DNA of 32,000 bases from Pasteurella multocida (GTDB lineage Bacteria; Pseudomonadota; Gammaproteobacteria; Enterobacterales; Pasteurellaceae), in NCBI RefSeq assembly GCF_900187275.1, contig NZ_LT906458.1, positions 1,830,001 to 1,862,000 of the forward strand, written 5' to 3'. Each line of letters starts with the position of its first letter. Position 1 is the first letter of the stretch. Below, one piece after another: positions 17,223 to 27,071 of the stretch. Position numbers and translations under genes: made by a program. Below the pieces are notes generated by a model. The model had not been told where the DNA came from, did not search any database, and worked only from the letters and a program-made list of their open reading frames with translations.

Positions 17223-18068
17223 ATGGGTAAACTCGCTTTAGCTGCCAAGATTACACATGTTCCGTCAATGTATTTGTCAGAACAACCGGGCAAACATTAT
17301 GGTTGCCGTGCTTCCGCCATTGAAGGTCACAAAGAAATTAGCCGACGTTGTCGTGATTTGGGGGTCGATACGATCATCGTATTTGATACACATTGGCTGG
17401 TGAATAGTGCATATCATGTGAACTGTTGTTCGCATTTTGAAGGGGTTTATACCAGTAATGAGCTCCCGCACTTTATTCGTGATATCACTTTTAATTATGA
17501 AGGCAATCCTGAATTAGGTCACATGATCGTCAAACATGCGGTGGCGAAAGGGGTGCGCGCTCAGGCACATGAGATTGATAGCCTGAAATTGGAATACGGC
17601 ACGTTGGTTCCAATGCGTTATATGAACGAAGATAAAGCCTTTAAAGTGATTTCCATTGCGGCATTCTGCACCTCGCATTCATTCGAAGATAGTCGCAAGC
17701 TCGGTGAGGCGGTATTAGACGCCATTAAAGAATACGATGGCATTGTTGCCGTGTTAGCCAGCGGCTCGTTATCACACTACTTTATTCCCGATCATTTAGC
17801 CAAAGACGGGATGAACAGCTATACCCGTGAATTTGAGCGCCAAATTGATTTGCATGTAGTGGATATGTGGCGTAAAGGCAATTTCAAAGACTTTTGCAAA
17901 ATGTTACCGGAATACGCGGAATTCTGTCGCGGTGAGGGCAATATGCACGATACAGTAATGTTGCTCGGTATGCTGGGTTGGGATAAATACGATAAGCCAG
18001 TTGAAATCTTGACGGATTTATTCCCAAGTTCCGGTACGGGACAAATTAACGCCGTCTTCCCGGTGTAA
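17223..18068 (+). CDS. hpaD: 3,4-dihydroxyphenylacetate 2,3-dioxygenase (homoprotocatechuate extradiol dioxygenase)
   Basis: 281 aa; KLALAAKITHVPSMYLSEQPGKHYGCRASAIEGHKEISRRCRDLGVDTIIVFDTHWLVNSAYHVNCC, class III LigB-like extradiol dioxygenase. Confidence 0.95.
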   Translation: MGKLALAAKITHVPSMYLSEQPGKHYGCRASAIEGHKEISRRCRDLGVDTIIVFDTHWLVNSAYHVNCCSHFEGVYTSNELPHFIRDITFNYEGNPELGHMIVKHAVAKGVRAQAHEIDSLKLEYGTLVPMRYMNEDKAFKVISIAAFCTSHSFEDSRKLGEAVLDAIKEYDGIVAVLASGSLSHYFIPDHLAKDGMNSYTREFERQIDLHVVDMWRKGNFKDFCKMLPEYAEFCRGEGNMHDTVMLLGMLGWDKYDKPVEILTDLFPSSGTGQINAVFPV

Positions 18069-18075
18069 TCAGCAC

Positions 18076-18120
18076 AAGTGCGGTTGGTTTCTGACACTTT
18101 TTGCTAAACAGACCGCACTT
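18076..18120 (+). terminator. Inverted uptake-signal pair forming a possible leaky internal terminator/attenuator between hpaD and hpaF
   Basis: AAGTGCGGT (18076-18084) and ACCGCACTT (18112-18120), 27-nt loop, followed by TTCTCTT. Confidence 0.5.
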
Positions 18121-18146
18121 TTCTCTTCATAAAAAGGAAAACATGC

Positions 18147-18530
18147 ATGCCACACTTTATTGTTGAAGCCACCGAAAATTTGCGTGATGACGTGGATTGG
18201 CAACCGTTATTTAAACAGGTACATGATTATCTTGCCAATACTGGTATTTTCCCTTTAGGCGGCATTCGCAGTCGCGTGCATTGGGTGGATGTGTATCGTA
18301 TGGCGGATGGGATAGAAGATGATGCTTTTGTGCATATCACGTTAAAGGTTGGTGCGGGACGTGATGAAGCCAGTTTAAAACCTGTCGGCGAACAGGTGTT
18401 TACACTGTTAACGAATTACTTTCAACCGCTATTTGAGAAACGCTATTTTGCGCTGTCATTTGAAATGGCGGAATTGCATCCGACCTTAAATTTCAAGAAA
18501 AACAATGTGCATTTGAGATTTAAGAAATAA
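18147..18530 (+). CDS. hpaF: 5-carboxymethyl-2-hydroxymuconate delta-isomerase
   Basis: 127 aa; MPHFIVEATENLRDDVDW...FPLGGIRSRVHWVDVYRMADG...FVHITLKVGAGRDE, with N-terminal Pro-1 after Met (tautomerase family). Confidence 0.93.
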   Translation: MPHFIVEATENLRDDVDWQPLFKQVHDYLANTGIFPLGGIRSRVHWVDVYRMADGIEDDAFVHITLKVGAGRDEASLKPVGEQVFTLLTNYFQPLFEKRYFALSFEMAELHPTLNFKKNNVHLRFKK

Positions 18531-18572
18531 GCCAATTGAGGCGATTTAACAGAGTGTCATGGAGGCGTCATT

Positions 18573-19772
18573 ATGCCAGTAGCAACCAATACGACGTGGA
18601 ATCAGACCGCACTTATCTGCTTCTTAGGCACGTTGGTGGGCTTTGGACCGCTTTCCATTGATATGTATCTGCCGTCTTTACCGACCATTGCGCAAGCTTT
18701 ACATACCAGTATTGAATGGGTACAACTGTCCGTTAGTACCTTTCTGACGGGGTTTTGTGTTGGCATGTTGTTTTATGGTCCCTTATCCGATAAATATGGG
18801 CGCCGTATTATTTTGCTGATTGGCATGACGATTTATATTGTAGCAAGCATTGCGTGCAGTATTGCTACTAGCATTGAACAGCTGTTAGTCGCTCGTTTTT
18901 TACAAGCCTTTGGCGGTGGGGTAGGTCCAGTATTAGGGCGGGCGATTGTGCGTGATAGTTTCCCGCCACAGCGTATTACGCACGTGCTTTCTATGATGCA
19001 GTTAGTCACGATGCTTGCTCCTCTCTTAGCGCCTTTTATCGGCGGGATTGTGTTGTTATGGTTTGGCTGGGAAACTCAGTTCTTACTCTTAGCGTTAATT
19101 GGGGTGGTTTGTTGGTTAATTGCTTATTTTTTCTTAGCGGAAACCAATCAAGACCGCCATCAACGTCCGTTAAATCTTGGCACATTTTTTCAAGCATATT
19201 GTGGGATTTTGAAACAACCACAATCTTTCGGCAATATTCTTTGTTTAAGTGCCATGTTTGGTGGCATGTTTGCTTATGTAGCCGGTACGCCCTTTGTTTA
19301 CATTGATTATTTCCATATTCCGCCTCAGGACTACGGATTTTACTTTGGCATCAATGTGGTTGGTATTGTGTTAGCAACTTTAATTAATAACTATTGTGTT
19401 AAACGTTATGCCGTCCAGCGTGTGTTAATGGCGGAAATGGGCTTAGTGGCATTGGCTGGCATGGCGTTTTTTCTGGCAGACACCGATTCCTTATTTGCCA
19501 TAATGTTACCGCTTTTTATTTTTGTCGGGTTAACGGGGGCGATCACGCCTAATGTGATGACCAGTTTATTAAAACAGCATAGCCATGCAGCGGGGGCGGC
19601 GATGGCACTTGCGGCTTCGATGCAGTTTGCCGGTGGTTTTGTGGCAAGTGGGGCATTGTCTTACTTTTTTAACAACAGTCCGCAAACCATGCTTTGGGTC
19701 ATGAGTACTTGCGCAGGTGTTGCCATTGTGGGCTTTATGATTACGTTAAAACCAAATTCAATTTCATCTTAA
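18573..19772 (+). CDS. MFS transporter, Bcr/CflA-like
   Basis: 399 aa, 12-TM pattern; [64 protein letters not shown] is typical of Bcr/CflA drug-efflux members. Confidence 0.88.
   Translation: MPVATNTTWNQTALICFLGTLVGFGPLSIDMYLPSLPTIAQALHTSIEWVQLSVSTFLTGFCVGMLFYGPLSDKYGRRIILLIGMTIYIVASIACSIATSIEQLLVARFLQAFGGGVGPVLGRAIVRDSFPPQRITHVLSMMQLVTMLAPLLAPFIGGIVLLWFGWETQFLLLALIGVVCWLIAYFFLAETNQDRHQRPLNLGTFFQAYCGILKQPQSFGNILCLSAMFGGMFAYVAGTPFVYIDYFHIPPQDYGFYFGINVVGIVLATLINNYCVKRYAVQRVLMAEMGLVALAGMAFFLADTDSLFAIMLPLFIFVGLTGAITPNVMTSLLKQHSHAAGAAMALAASMQFAGGFVASGALSYFFNNSPQTMLWVMSTCAGVAIVGFMITLKPNSISS
18606..18614 (-). repeat. Uptake signal sequence core (Hin-type)
   Basis: Perfect ACCGCACTT near the start of the MFS gene. 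Confidence 0.85.
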
Positions 19773-19785
19773 AGAGGGATTTTCT

Positions 19786-20589
19786 ATGTTATCCGGAGCG
19801 ATTATTCAACAGGCGGCACAACGTCTTAATGAAGCAGAAAAAACAGGCACGCAGATTTCACAATTTTCGTTAGCGTATCCAGAGATTACCATTGAAGATG
19901 CGTATGAAATTCAAAAAGCGTGGGTGGCGATGAAAATTGCAGAAGGACGCGTGTTGAAAGGGCATAAAATCGGCTTAACCTCAAAAGCGATGCAAAATAG
20001 CTCACAAATTAACGAACCAGATTATGGTGCCTTACTGGATGATATGTTTTTTGAGGAAAACAGTGAAATCCCTTTTGATCGTTTTATCGTGCCGCGCGTT
20101 GAGGTGGAATTAGCTTTTATTTTGAAAAAAGACTTATCAGGGCCAAATTGCACTATTTTTGATGTGCTAGATGCTACCGATTATGTGATTCCTGCGTTAG
20201 AAATCATTGATGCACGCATTGAACAATTTGACAGTAAAACTAAAGTGCCGCGTCGTGTATTTGATACTATTTCAGATAATGCCGCCAATGCTGGTGTGGT
20301 GTTAGGCGGACGTGCGATTAAACCGATGGACGTGGATTTACGCCGTGTAGCGGCGGTATTATACCGCAATGGTGTGGTGGAAGAATCCGGTGTGTCTGCG
20401 GCAGTTTTAAATAACCCAATTAAGGGTGTGGCGTGGTTAGCCAATAAACTGCATCCTTATGGTGTGACGCTTAAAGCCGGTGAAGTTATTTTGGGCGGTT
20501 CCTTTACACGTCCCGTCGCCGCCCGTCGTGGTGATACATTCCATGTGGATTACCATGAATTAGGCAGTATTTCGATGCAGTTTGTGTAA
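19786..20589 (+). CDS. hpaH: 2-oxo-hept-4-ene-1,7-dioate hydratase
   Basis: 267 aa; [32 protein letters not shown]...[33 protein letters not shown]. Confidence 0.95.
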   Translation: MLSGAIIQQAAQRLNEAEKTGTQISQFSLAYPEITIEDAYEIQKAWVAMKIAEGRVLKGHKIGLTSKAMQNSSQINEPDYGALLDDMFFEENSEIPFDRFIVPRVEVELAFILKKDLSGPNCTIFDVLDATDYVIPALEIIDARIEQFDSKTKVPRRVFDTISDNAANAGVVLGGRAIKPMDVDLRRVAAVLYRNGVVEESGVSAAVLNNPIKGVAWLANKLHPYGVTLKAGEVILGGSFTRPVAARRGDTFHVDYHELGSISMQFV

Positions 20590-20608
20590 TGGCAACGTGA
20601 GGCGTACA

Positions 20609-21415
20609 ATGCAACTGAAAAATCACTTTAAACAAGCGTTAAAAGAGAAAAAACCGCAAATTGGCTTATGGGTCGGCTTAGCGGATGGCTATGCTTGTGA
20701 GCTTGCCGCCACTGCCGGATTTGATTGGTTATTGCTCGATGGTGAGCATGCCCCGAATGATCTACGCACCTTGTTACATCAGCTCCAAACCTTAGCCGCG
20801 TATCCTACTACTCCGATTATTCGCCCCGTGATTGGACAAACGCATACCATTAAACAACTGCTTGATATTGGGGCGCAGACCTTATTGGTCCCGATGGTGG
20901 AAACCGCTGAACAAGCGCGCGAATTGGTGAAAGCTATACATTATCCACCAAAAGGTGTGCGTGGCGTAGGCAGTGCCTTAGCGCGTGCGTCGCGTTGGAA
21001 TAGTATTCCTCATTATCTACAACAAGCGGATGAAGAAATCTGTTTATTGGTGCAAGTGGAAAACAAAACCGGCTTACAGAACCTGAAAGAGATTGCTGAA
21101 GTCGATGGGGTCGATGGCGTTTTTATTGGACCTGCCGATCTGAGTGCGTCCTTAGGGCATTTAGGCAATCCATCGCATCCAGAAGTGCAACAAGCGATTG
21201 AACAAGCGATTGCCACCATTTGTGCAGCCGATAAAGCTGCCGGTATTTTGTATGCCGATGAAAAAATGGCAAAACACTATTTAGCACTCGGCTGTACGTT
21301 TGTGGCGGTAGGCGTCGATACCTCTTTGTTAATGCGTGCATTAAACGATCTTTCACAGAAGTTTAAGTCATCGAATGCACTAGAAAACACAGCTAGTGCG
21401 GACCAAATTTATTAA
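20609..21415 (+). CDS. hpaI: 4-hydroxy-2-oxo-heptane-1,7-dioate aldolase
   Basis: Class II HpaI aldolase: [77 protein letters not shown]. Track start is 20582 (TTG); ATG 20609 has SD GTGAGG. Confidence 0.95.
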   Translation: MQLKNHFKQALKEKKPQIGLWVGLADGYACELAATAGFDWLLLDGEHAPNDLRTLLHQLQTLAAYPTTPIIRPVIGQTHTIKQLLDIGAQTLLVPMVETAEQARELVKAIHYPPKGVRGVGSALARASRWNSIPHYLQQADEEICLLVQVENKTGLQNLKEIAEVDGVDGVFIGPADLSASLGHLGNPSHPEVQQAIEQAIATICAADKAAGILYADEKMAKHYLALGCTFVAVGVDTSLLMRALNDLSQKFKSSNALENTASADQIY

Positions 21416-21433
21416 TTGTTGGGAGGTATTTCA

Positions 21434-22879
21434 ATGCAACAATTTTCCCTATTAAAAACCAAAGCCTATATTAATGGCGAGTATGTACAGGCAAAGGATC
21501 ACAAAACCTTTGCGGTTACTAATCCAGCGAACCAACAAATCATTTGTGAGTTGCCAGATTTAAGCGCAGAAGAAACCGAATATGCGATTGCTTGCGCGGC
21601 ACAAGCCCAGAAAAAGTGGCAAAAAGTCACGCCGAAAGAACGCGCGAATCTCTTACGCCGTTGGTATAACTTAGTCATTGAAAACCAAGAAGAATTAGCC
21701 CAATTACTGAGTTTAGAACAAGGTAAACCAATCAACGAAAGTCGCGGTGAGATTTTATATGGCGCCAGTTTTATTGAATGGTTCGCGGAAGAAGCCAAAC
21801 GTATTTATGGCGACGTGTTACCACAGGATAAAGAAAATCATCGTTTATTAGTGATTAAACAAGGCATTGGTGTGGTGGCAGCGATCACCCCGTGGAACTT
21901 CCCAAATGCGATGATTACTCGTAAAGCCGCGCCAGCCTTTGCGGCAGGTTGTGCAATGGTATTAAAACCCGCACAGGAAACCCCACTTTCTGCATTAGCG
22001 TTGGCAGAACTGGCACACCAAGCGGGCTTACCTGCGGGGCTATTTAATGTGATTACTTCAACTCGCTCCGTTGAAATTGGCAAAGTGCTAACCGAACATC
22101 CAACGGTACGTAAAGTGACCTTTACCGGTTCGACCCGTGTGGGCAAAATCCTGATGGCGCAATCGGCGAGTACAGTGAAAAAATTGTCATTAGAACTAGG
22201 CGGCAACGCCCCGTCGATTGTGTTTGATGATGCGGATTTAGAGAATGCTATCGAGGGCATTATCGCCTCGAAATTCCGCAACAGTGGACAAACCTGCGTC
22301 TGTACTAACCGTATTTATGTGCAAGCCGGCATTTATGACCGTTTTGTGGAACAATTTAGCGCCAAAGTGGCCGCCTTTAAAGTGGGCAGTGCCAATGAAG
22401 CCGGTGTCAACATTGGACCATTAATCAGTCAAAGTGCAGTCAATAAAATCCAAGAACACATCGACGATGCCACCGCAAAAGGGGCAAATTTGGTGATCGG
22501 TGGTAAGCTTCATACGCGAGGCGGTACTTTCTTTGAACCGACCGTATTGCGAGATGTGACCCAAGCGATGTTAGTGGCAAAAGACGAAACCTTCGCCCCA
22601 TTGGCACCGGTGTTTAAATTTGATACCGAAGCACAAGTGATCGAGATGGCAAATGATACTGAATTTGGCTTAGCCTCGTATCTTTACACCCAAGATATTT
22701 CTCGCATCTGGCGAGTTTCCGAAGCATTAGAATACGGTATTGTCGGCATTAACGAAGGCCTGATCAGCAATGAAATGGCGCCTTTTGGTGGCGTCAAAGA
22801 ATCCGGCTTAGGTCGCGAAGGCTCTCGCTACGGCATCGACGAGTTTTTAGAAATCAAATACCTTTGTTTGAAAGTGTAA
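21434..22879 (+). CDS. NAD(P)-dependent succinate-semialdehyde dehydrogenase (GabD-like)
   Basis: ALDH family: TPWNFPNAMITRKAAPAFAAGCAMVLKPAQETPLSALALAELA, FTGSTRVGKILM, LELGGNAPSIVFDDADLENA, GQTCVCTNRIYVQ. ATG 21434 with SD GGGAGG (track 21416). Last gene of the hpa operon. Confidence 0.88.
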   Translation: MQQFSLLKTKAYINGEYVQAKDHKTFAVTNPANQQIICELPDLSAEETEYAIACAAQAQKKWQKVTPKERANLLRRWYNLVIENQEELAQLLSLEQGKPINESRGEILYGASFIEWFAEEAKRIYGDVLPQDKENHRLLVIKQGIGVVAAITPWNFPNAMITRKAAPAFAAGCAMVLKPAQETPLSALALAELAHQAGLPAGLFNVITSTRSVEIGKVLTEHPTVRKVTFTGSTRVGKILMAQSASTVKKLSLELGGNAPSIVFDDADLENAIEGIIASKFRNSGQTCVCTNRIYVQAGIYDRFVEQFSAKVAAFKVGSANEAGVNIGPLISQSAVNKIQEHIDDATAKGANLVIGGKLHTRGGTFFEPTVLRDVTQAMLVAKDETFAPLAPVFKFDTEAQVIEMANDTEFGLASYLYTQDISRIWRVSEALEYGIVGINEGLISNEMAPFGGVKESGLGREGSRYGIDEFLEIKYLCLKV

Positions 22880-22894
22880 ATTTGCATTAAATGA

Positions 22895-22924
22895 AAAAGC
22901 ACAAGTGATAGCTTGTGTTTTTTT
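22895..22924 (+). terminator. Intrinsic terminator at end of the hpa/SSADH operon
   Basis: CACAAG-TGATAG-CTTGTG stem flanked by AAAAAG and an 8-nt T-run. Confidence 0.7.
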
Positions 22925-22953
22925 GTTATTCAATTTTGTGAAGATACGAGTAA

Positions 22954-22962
22954 AAGTGCGGT
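22954..22962 (+). repeat. Uptake signal sequence core (Hin-type)
   Basis: AAAAGTGCGGTCATTTTCACC between SSADH and pckA. Confidence 0.92.
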
Positions 22963-23001
22963 CATTTTCACCAACGTTTTGTTAAGTTGGTCGGCATAAA
23001 A

Positions 23002-23029
23002 AAACAGCCCGATTTTCATCGAGCTGTTT
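23002..23029 (-). terminator. Intrinsic terminator downstream of pckA
   Basis: AAACAGC..CGAT-TTTC-ATCG..GCTGTTT stem. Minus-strand reading ends in a T-run. Confidence 0.8.
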
Positions 23030-23055
23030 GGTTATTTATCACGTTAAGCGTTTAA

Positions 23056-24672
23056 TTACGCTTTTGGACCTGCTGCCACTAAGGCTTTACCTTCATCGTT
23101 AGTGGTGTATTTTTCGAAGTTTTTCACGAAACGGGAAGCTAAGTCTTCTGCTTTCGCTTGCCATTGTGCTTTGTCTGCATAAGTATCACGTGGATCTAAG
23201 ATTGCAGGGTCAACACCTGGTAATGCAGTTGGGATCGCTAAATCAAAGATTGGTAATTTGCCCATTTCTGCTTTTTCGATTGAACCGTCTAAGATTGCAT
23301 CGATGATACCGCGCGTATCTTTGATTGAGATACGTTTACCTGTACCGTTCCAACCTGTGTTCACTAAGTAAGCTTCCGCACCTGCTGCTTCCATACGTTT
23401 CACTAACACTTCCGCATATTGTGTTGGGTGAAGTGATAAGAATGCTGCACCGAAACATGCTGAGAAAGTTGGTGTTGGTTCTGTGATACCACGCTCAGTA
23501 CCTGCTAATTTCGCTGTGAAACCAGATAAGAAGTAGTATTTGGTTTGTTCTGGCGTTAATTTAGATACTGGTGGTAACACACCGAATGCGTCCGCAGTTA
23601 AGAAGATCACTTTCTTCGCATGACCTGCTTTTGATACAGGCGTTACGATGTTGTCGATGTGGTAAATTGGGTAAGAAACACGGGTGTTTTCTGTTTTTGA
23701 ACCATCATCGTAATCCACTGAACCATCTGCGCGTACTACAACGTTTTCTAATAAGGCATCACGTTTGATGGCTTTATAGATATCTGGTTCGTTTTCTGGA
23801 GACAGTTTGATCGTTTTCGCATAGCAACCACCTTCGTAGTTGAATACGCCATCATCGTCCCAACCGTGCTCATCGTCACCGATTAATTGACGTTTTGGAT
23901 CTGTTGAAAGGGTGGTTTTACCTGTACCTGATAAACCGAAGAACACAGCAACGTCGCCTTTTTCACCCACGTTGGCTGAACAGTGCATAGATGCGATGCC
24001 TTTTAATGGTAAGAAGTAGTTCATCATTGAGAACATACCTTTTTTCATTTCACCGCCGTACCAAGTACCACCGATTAATTGCACACCCTCAGTTAAGTTA
24101 AATGCCACAAAGTTTTCAGAATTTAGACCTTGTTCTTTCCAGTTCGGGTTAGTGACTTTAGAACCGTTCATTACCACGAAATCTGGTTTGAAGCCGACTA
24201 ATTCTGCTTCTGTTGGACGAATGAACATGTTTTTCACAAAGTGTGCTTGCCATGCTACTTCTGTCACGATACGCACTGATAAACGGGTGTCAGCGTTTGC
24301 ACCACAGAATGCGTCGATCACAAATAAACGTTTGCCAGAAAGTTGTTCTGTCACTAAGCCTTTTAAGCTTTTCCACGTATCTTGTGTCATTGGTTTGTTA
24401 TCGTTTTTCGCCGCATCGCTTGTCCACCAAACAGTGTCTTTGGTTTTGTCATCAAGCACAATGTATTTATCTTTTGGCGAACGACCTGTAAAGATACCAG
24501 TATCAACCGCCACCGCGCCTGATTGTGTCACGATACCTTTTTCGTAACCTTCTAAACCTGGTTTGGTTTCCTCTTCGAACAATTGCTCATAACTTGGGTT
24601 ATAAACGATTTCTTTTACATCATGAATACCAAGTGCACCAAGTTCGTTGATTACTTTATTTAAGTCAGTCAT
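23056..24672 (-). CDS. pckA: Phosphoenolpyruvate carboxykinase (ATP)
   Basis: 538 aa; [67 protein letters not shown]. Confidence 0.98.
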   Translation of the reverse strand: MTDLNKVINELGALGIHDVKEIVYNPSYEQLFEEETKPGLEGYEKGIVTQSGAVAVDTGIFTGRSPKDKYIVLDDKTKDTVWWTSDAAKNDNKPMTQDTWKSLKGLVTEQLSGKRLFVIDAFCGANADTRLSVRIVTEVAWQAHFVKNMFIRPTEAELVGFKPDFVVMNGSKVTNPNWKEQGLNSENFVAFNLTEGVQLIGGTWYGGEMKKGMFSMMNYFLPLKGIASMHCSANVGEKGDVAVFFGLSGTGKTTLSTDPKRQLIGDDEHGWDDDGVFNYEGGCYAKTIKLSPENEPDIYKAIKRDALLENVVVRADGSVDYDDGSKTENTRVSYPIYHIDNIVTPVSKAGHAKKVIFLTADAFGVLPPVSKLTPEQTKYYFLSGFTAKLAGTERGITEPTPTFSACFGAAFLSLHPTQYAEVLVKRMEAAGAEAYLVNTGWNGTGKRISIKDTRGIIDAILDGSIEKAEMGKLPIFDLAIPTALPGVDPAILDPRDTYADKAQWQAKAEDLASRFVKNFEKYTTNDEGKALVAAGPKA

Positions 24673-24819
24673 ACGTTACCTCATAGAGTTAAGTTTTAAA
24701 TGTTGAAAAATAATGCGAGCATTCTAATCAAATTTCTACCTAAAAACTGTTAGCTTGATCAAAATTTTGAAAAATGGCGAAAAATTTTTAACGTTATATG
24801 ATTTATGTCAAAGAAAAGA

Positions 24820-24841
24820 GGCTGCCATGTCAGACAGCCTT
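24820..24841 (-). terminator. Probable terminator downstream of the outer-membrane protein gene
   Basis: AGGCTG...CAGCCT stem. Minus-strand context AAAAGGCTGTC-TGACATG-GCAGCCTCTTTTC. Confidence 0.55.
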
Positions 24842-24871
24842 TTGTATCAAGAAAATATGAGGAGATAATCG

Positions 24872-25579
24872 TTAGAATTTATATCCTATAGATAAACGTA
24901 TAGCATCATTATTATAAGAAACTTGTTTATATGCTACCGTTTTTTGTGGGGATGAAGCAAAACTAATGCGTGATGAAGTATGATAATAACCGACTTCAGC
25001 TAAGAAATTATAATATTCTAAACCTAAGCTAATACCATAATAAGCGCCATCTTTCGCTGACATATTGATATTTGTTTTTTCTATATAGTCTTGTCCATTT
25101 CCTGTATAGTCATGGAGTATTACATTTAATGTAGTAGATTTTGTTCTATTAAATGCATAACCTAAATCACCTTTCAAGTACAGCATCGTATTTGGAGTAA
25201 AAGAGAAATTTTGTTTTAAAGTTGCGTAAAGAGGAATAGAACGATAGCGTGGGACTTGGTATTTTTCTGTTGCATTAACGTCTGCACCTGTTTCATTATG
25301 AATTCCATAACTAATGTGTTTAAAACTATTACGCTTGATAAAACCGACACCACCACCTAGTTCTGTTTGAGGTAACACATTATAAGTAAGTTCTAAGAAA
25401 GCACTTGGAGAAAAAGTATTTCTTTTGTGAGGGACTGAAAAATGATAGATACTCGGATCAACAGTATCAAAACGAGAAACGAGATCCACCCCAACTTTTC
25501 CGTACACATTGAAATTATTGTTTAGTGCCATCGCATTACTTGCTGTGAAAACAAGCATTCCTAAGATAATTTTTTGCAT
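24872..25579 (-). CDS. Outer-membrane beta-barrel protein, opacity/porin-like, uncharacterised
   Basis: ATG 25579 (MQKIILGMLVFTASNAMALNNNFNVYGKVGVDLVSRF...) gives a signal peptide with GGAG SD (track start 25630). Alternating strands, C-terminal NDAIRLSIGYKF ending in Phe. Confidence 0.7.
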   Translation of the reverse strand: MQKIILGMLVFTASNAMALNNNFNVYGKVGVDLVSRFDTVDPSIYHFSVPHKRNTFSPSAFLELTYNVLPQTELGGGVGFIKRNSFKHISYGIHNETGADVNATEKYQVPRYRSIPLYATLKQNFSFTPNTMLYLKGDLGYAFNRTKSTTLNVILHDYTGNGQDYIEKTNINMSAKDGAYYGISLGLEYYNFLAEVGYYHTSSRISFASSPQKTVAYKQVSYNNDAIRLSIGYKF

Positions 25580-25770
25580 TTTAAACTCCATTTTAGTTGA
25601 TAAACGGCTGAGAATTATACTTATTAGCACTAAAAAAACAATCGAGTTCAGTTTGTTTCTGAATCATTTATTGATTTAAAACAATACGTTTTTTTAATAT
25701 AAATTAAGCGAATCCATAAAATAAGACAGCTTAATTGAGAGAGATGTGATGATATCGACCACTCATTTTT

Positions 25771-26328
25771 TTAACGATGTTTATTCTTTGTTAAAAAGTC
25801 ACGTAGTGCATACAGTGCAACTAAATTACGTGCTTCACGGAATGTAGGATCTTGCAATAAGTCGTCTAATTGACAGAGAGGGAATCTGATTTGTTCTAGG
25901 GGTTCAGGCTCGTCGCCTTCCAGTTTGCAGGGATAAAGGTGCCGAGCTAAAAAGATATGCATCACGCTATTCATGTAACTTGGCGAGGTATTGACTGTGC
26001 GTAAATGAATGAATTCGTTAGCACCTAATCCCACTTCTTCTTTGAGTTCTCGATTAGCACTTTCTTCAGGTGTTTCATTGGGATCCATTAAACCTTTAGG
26101 GAAACCCAGTTCGTATTGTTCTGTGCCCATCGCATATTCTCGTACCATCAGTAATTGGTCATTTTCAATGGGTAGCACCATGACCGCAGCACGTCCAGTC
26201 CCTTTAAAGCGTTCATAAGTACGCTGAATCCCATTCGAAAATTGGAGTTCGACCGATTGAATCTCAAAAATACGTGATTTGGCAACCACTGACACAGAGA
26301 GGATTTCCGGTTTTTTATGCATATTCAC
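25771..26328 (-). CDS. nudE: ADP compounds hydrolase NudE (Nudix)
   Basis: 185 aa; Nudix box GLMDPNETPEESANRELKEEVGLGAN. Upstream of yrfG/hslR/hslO as in enterobacterial gene order. Confidence 0.92.
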   Translation of the reverse strand: MNMHKKPEILSVSVVAKSRIFEIQSVELQFSNGIQRTYERFKGTGRAAVMVLPIENDQLLMVREYAMGTEQYELGFPKGLMDPNETPEESANRELKEEVGLGANEFIHLRTVNTSPSYMNSVMHIFLARHLYPCKLEGDEPEPLEQIRFPLCQLDDLLQDPTFREARNLVALYALRDFLTKNKHR

Positions 26329-26399
26329 CTCGTGGATAAGTGCAATTTTACAAAATTAGGGAATAACGATACCATAAACCGCATGACACCAAAAGGAAA

Positions 26400-27065
26400 G
26401 TGATGTGCATGATAGACATGAATTGGCAACAAATTGATACGGTAATTTTAGATTTAGACGGTACTTTGATTGATCTCTATTTCGATCATCATTTTTGGAA
26501 AACAGTGGTGCCACAAGCGTATGCGAAAAAATGTAATTTGGATCTTGCCACGAGTCGTCAGCTGTTAAAACAACGTTATGATGCGATTGAGCACAGTAAA
26601 GATTGGTATTGTTTAGATTTTTGGGCAAAAACGTTGGATTTGCCGTTACGTGAGTTATATCAGGCACAAGGACCAACACTGAAAGTGCGGTCAGATGTGG
26701 CACCCTTTTTACAAGCTGTGCGTAAGATGAACAAGCAAATGATATTACTTACGGACAGTAATCCATTTAGTTTAGCGCTTAAGTTACAATATTGCGATTT
26801 TGTTGCGACATTTGATTTATTGCTGTCAAGTCATCACTTTGGCGCCCCGAAAATTGAGCAACCACTGTGGCACAATTTACAACAAAAGCATTATTTTAAC
26901 CCCGCACGGACATTATTTATTGATGATACTGAAAACGTATTGGATAGCGCGAAACAATTTGGTATTGCTTATACAGTTGGCGTGGAAAATCCAGACAGCA
27001 GTTTGCCAAACAAACGGTTCAAACGACATTTTTCAGTCAACAATTACCGCACTTTAGTGGAGTAA
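26400..27065 (+). CDS. yrfG: GMP/IMP nucleotidase, HAD family (YrfG-like)
   Basis: HAD motifs DLDGTLIDLYFDHHFW, LLTDSNPFSLALK, LFIDDTENVLDSAKQFGI. Directly upstream of hslR. The GTG/ATG start is ambiguous (26400/26403/26409). Confidence 0.88.
   Translation: MMCMIDMNWQQIDTVILDLDGTLIDLYFDHHFWKTVVPQAYAKKCNLDLATSRQLLKQRYDAIEHSKDWYCLDFWAKTLDLPLRELYQAQGPTLKVRSDVAPFLQAVRKMNKQMILLTDSNPFSLALKLQYCDFVATFDLLLSSHHFGAPKIEQPLWHNLQQKHYFNPARTLFIDDTENVLDSAKQFGIAYTVGVENPDSSLPNKRFKRHFSVNNYRTLVE
26683..26691 (+). repeat. Uptake signal sequence core (Hin-type)
   Basis: AAAGTGCGGTCA in yrfG. Confidence 0.85.
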
Positions 27066-27071
27066 ATAACA

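Noticed and set aside
21838-22281. 147-aa minus-strand ORF antisense to SSADH
   Set aside because: Long antisense ORFs arise from codon bias on the opposite strand. It has no family signature, and the sense frame is a full ALDH.
24152-24547. 131-aa plus-strand ORF (and 23571..23768, 24243..24491) antisense to pckA
   Set aside because: Low-complexity antisense translations without start-site support. pckA is complete on the other strand.
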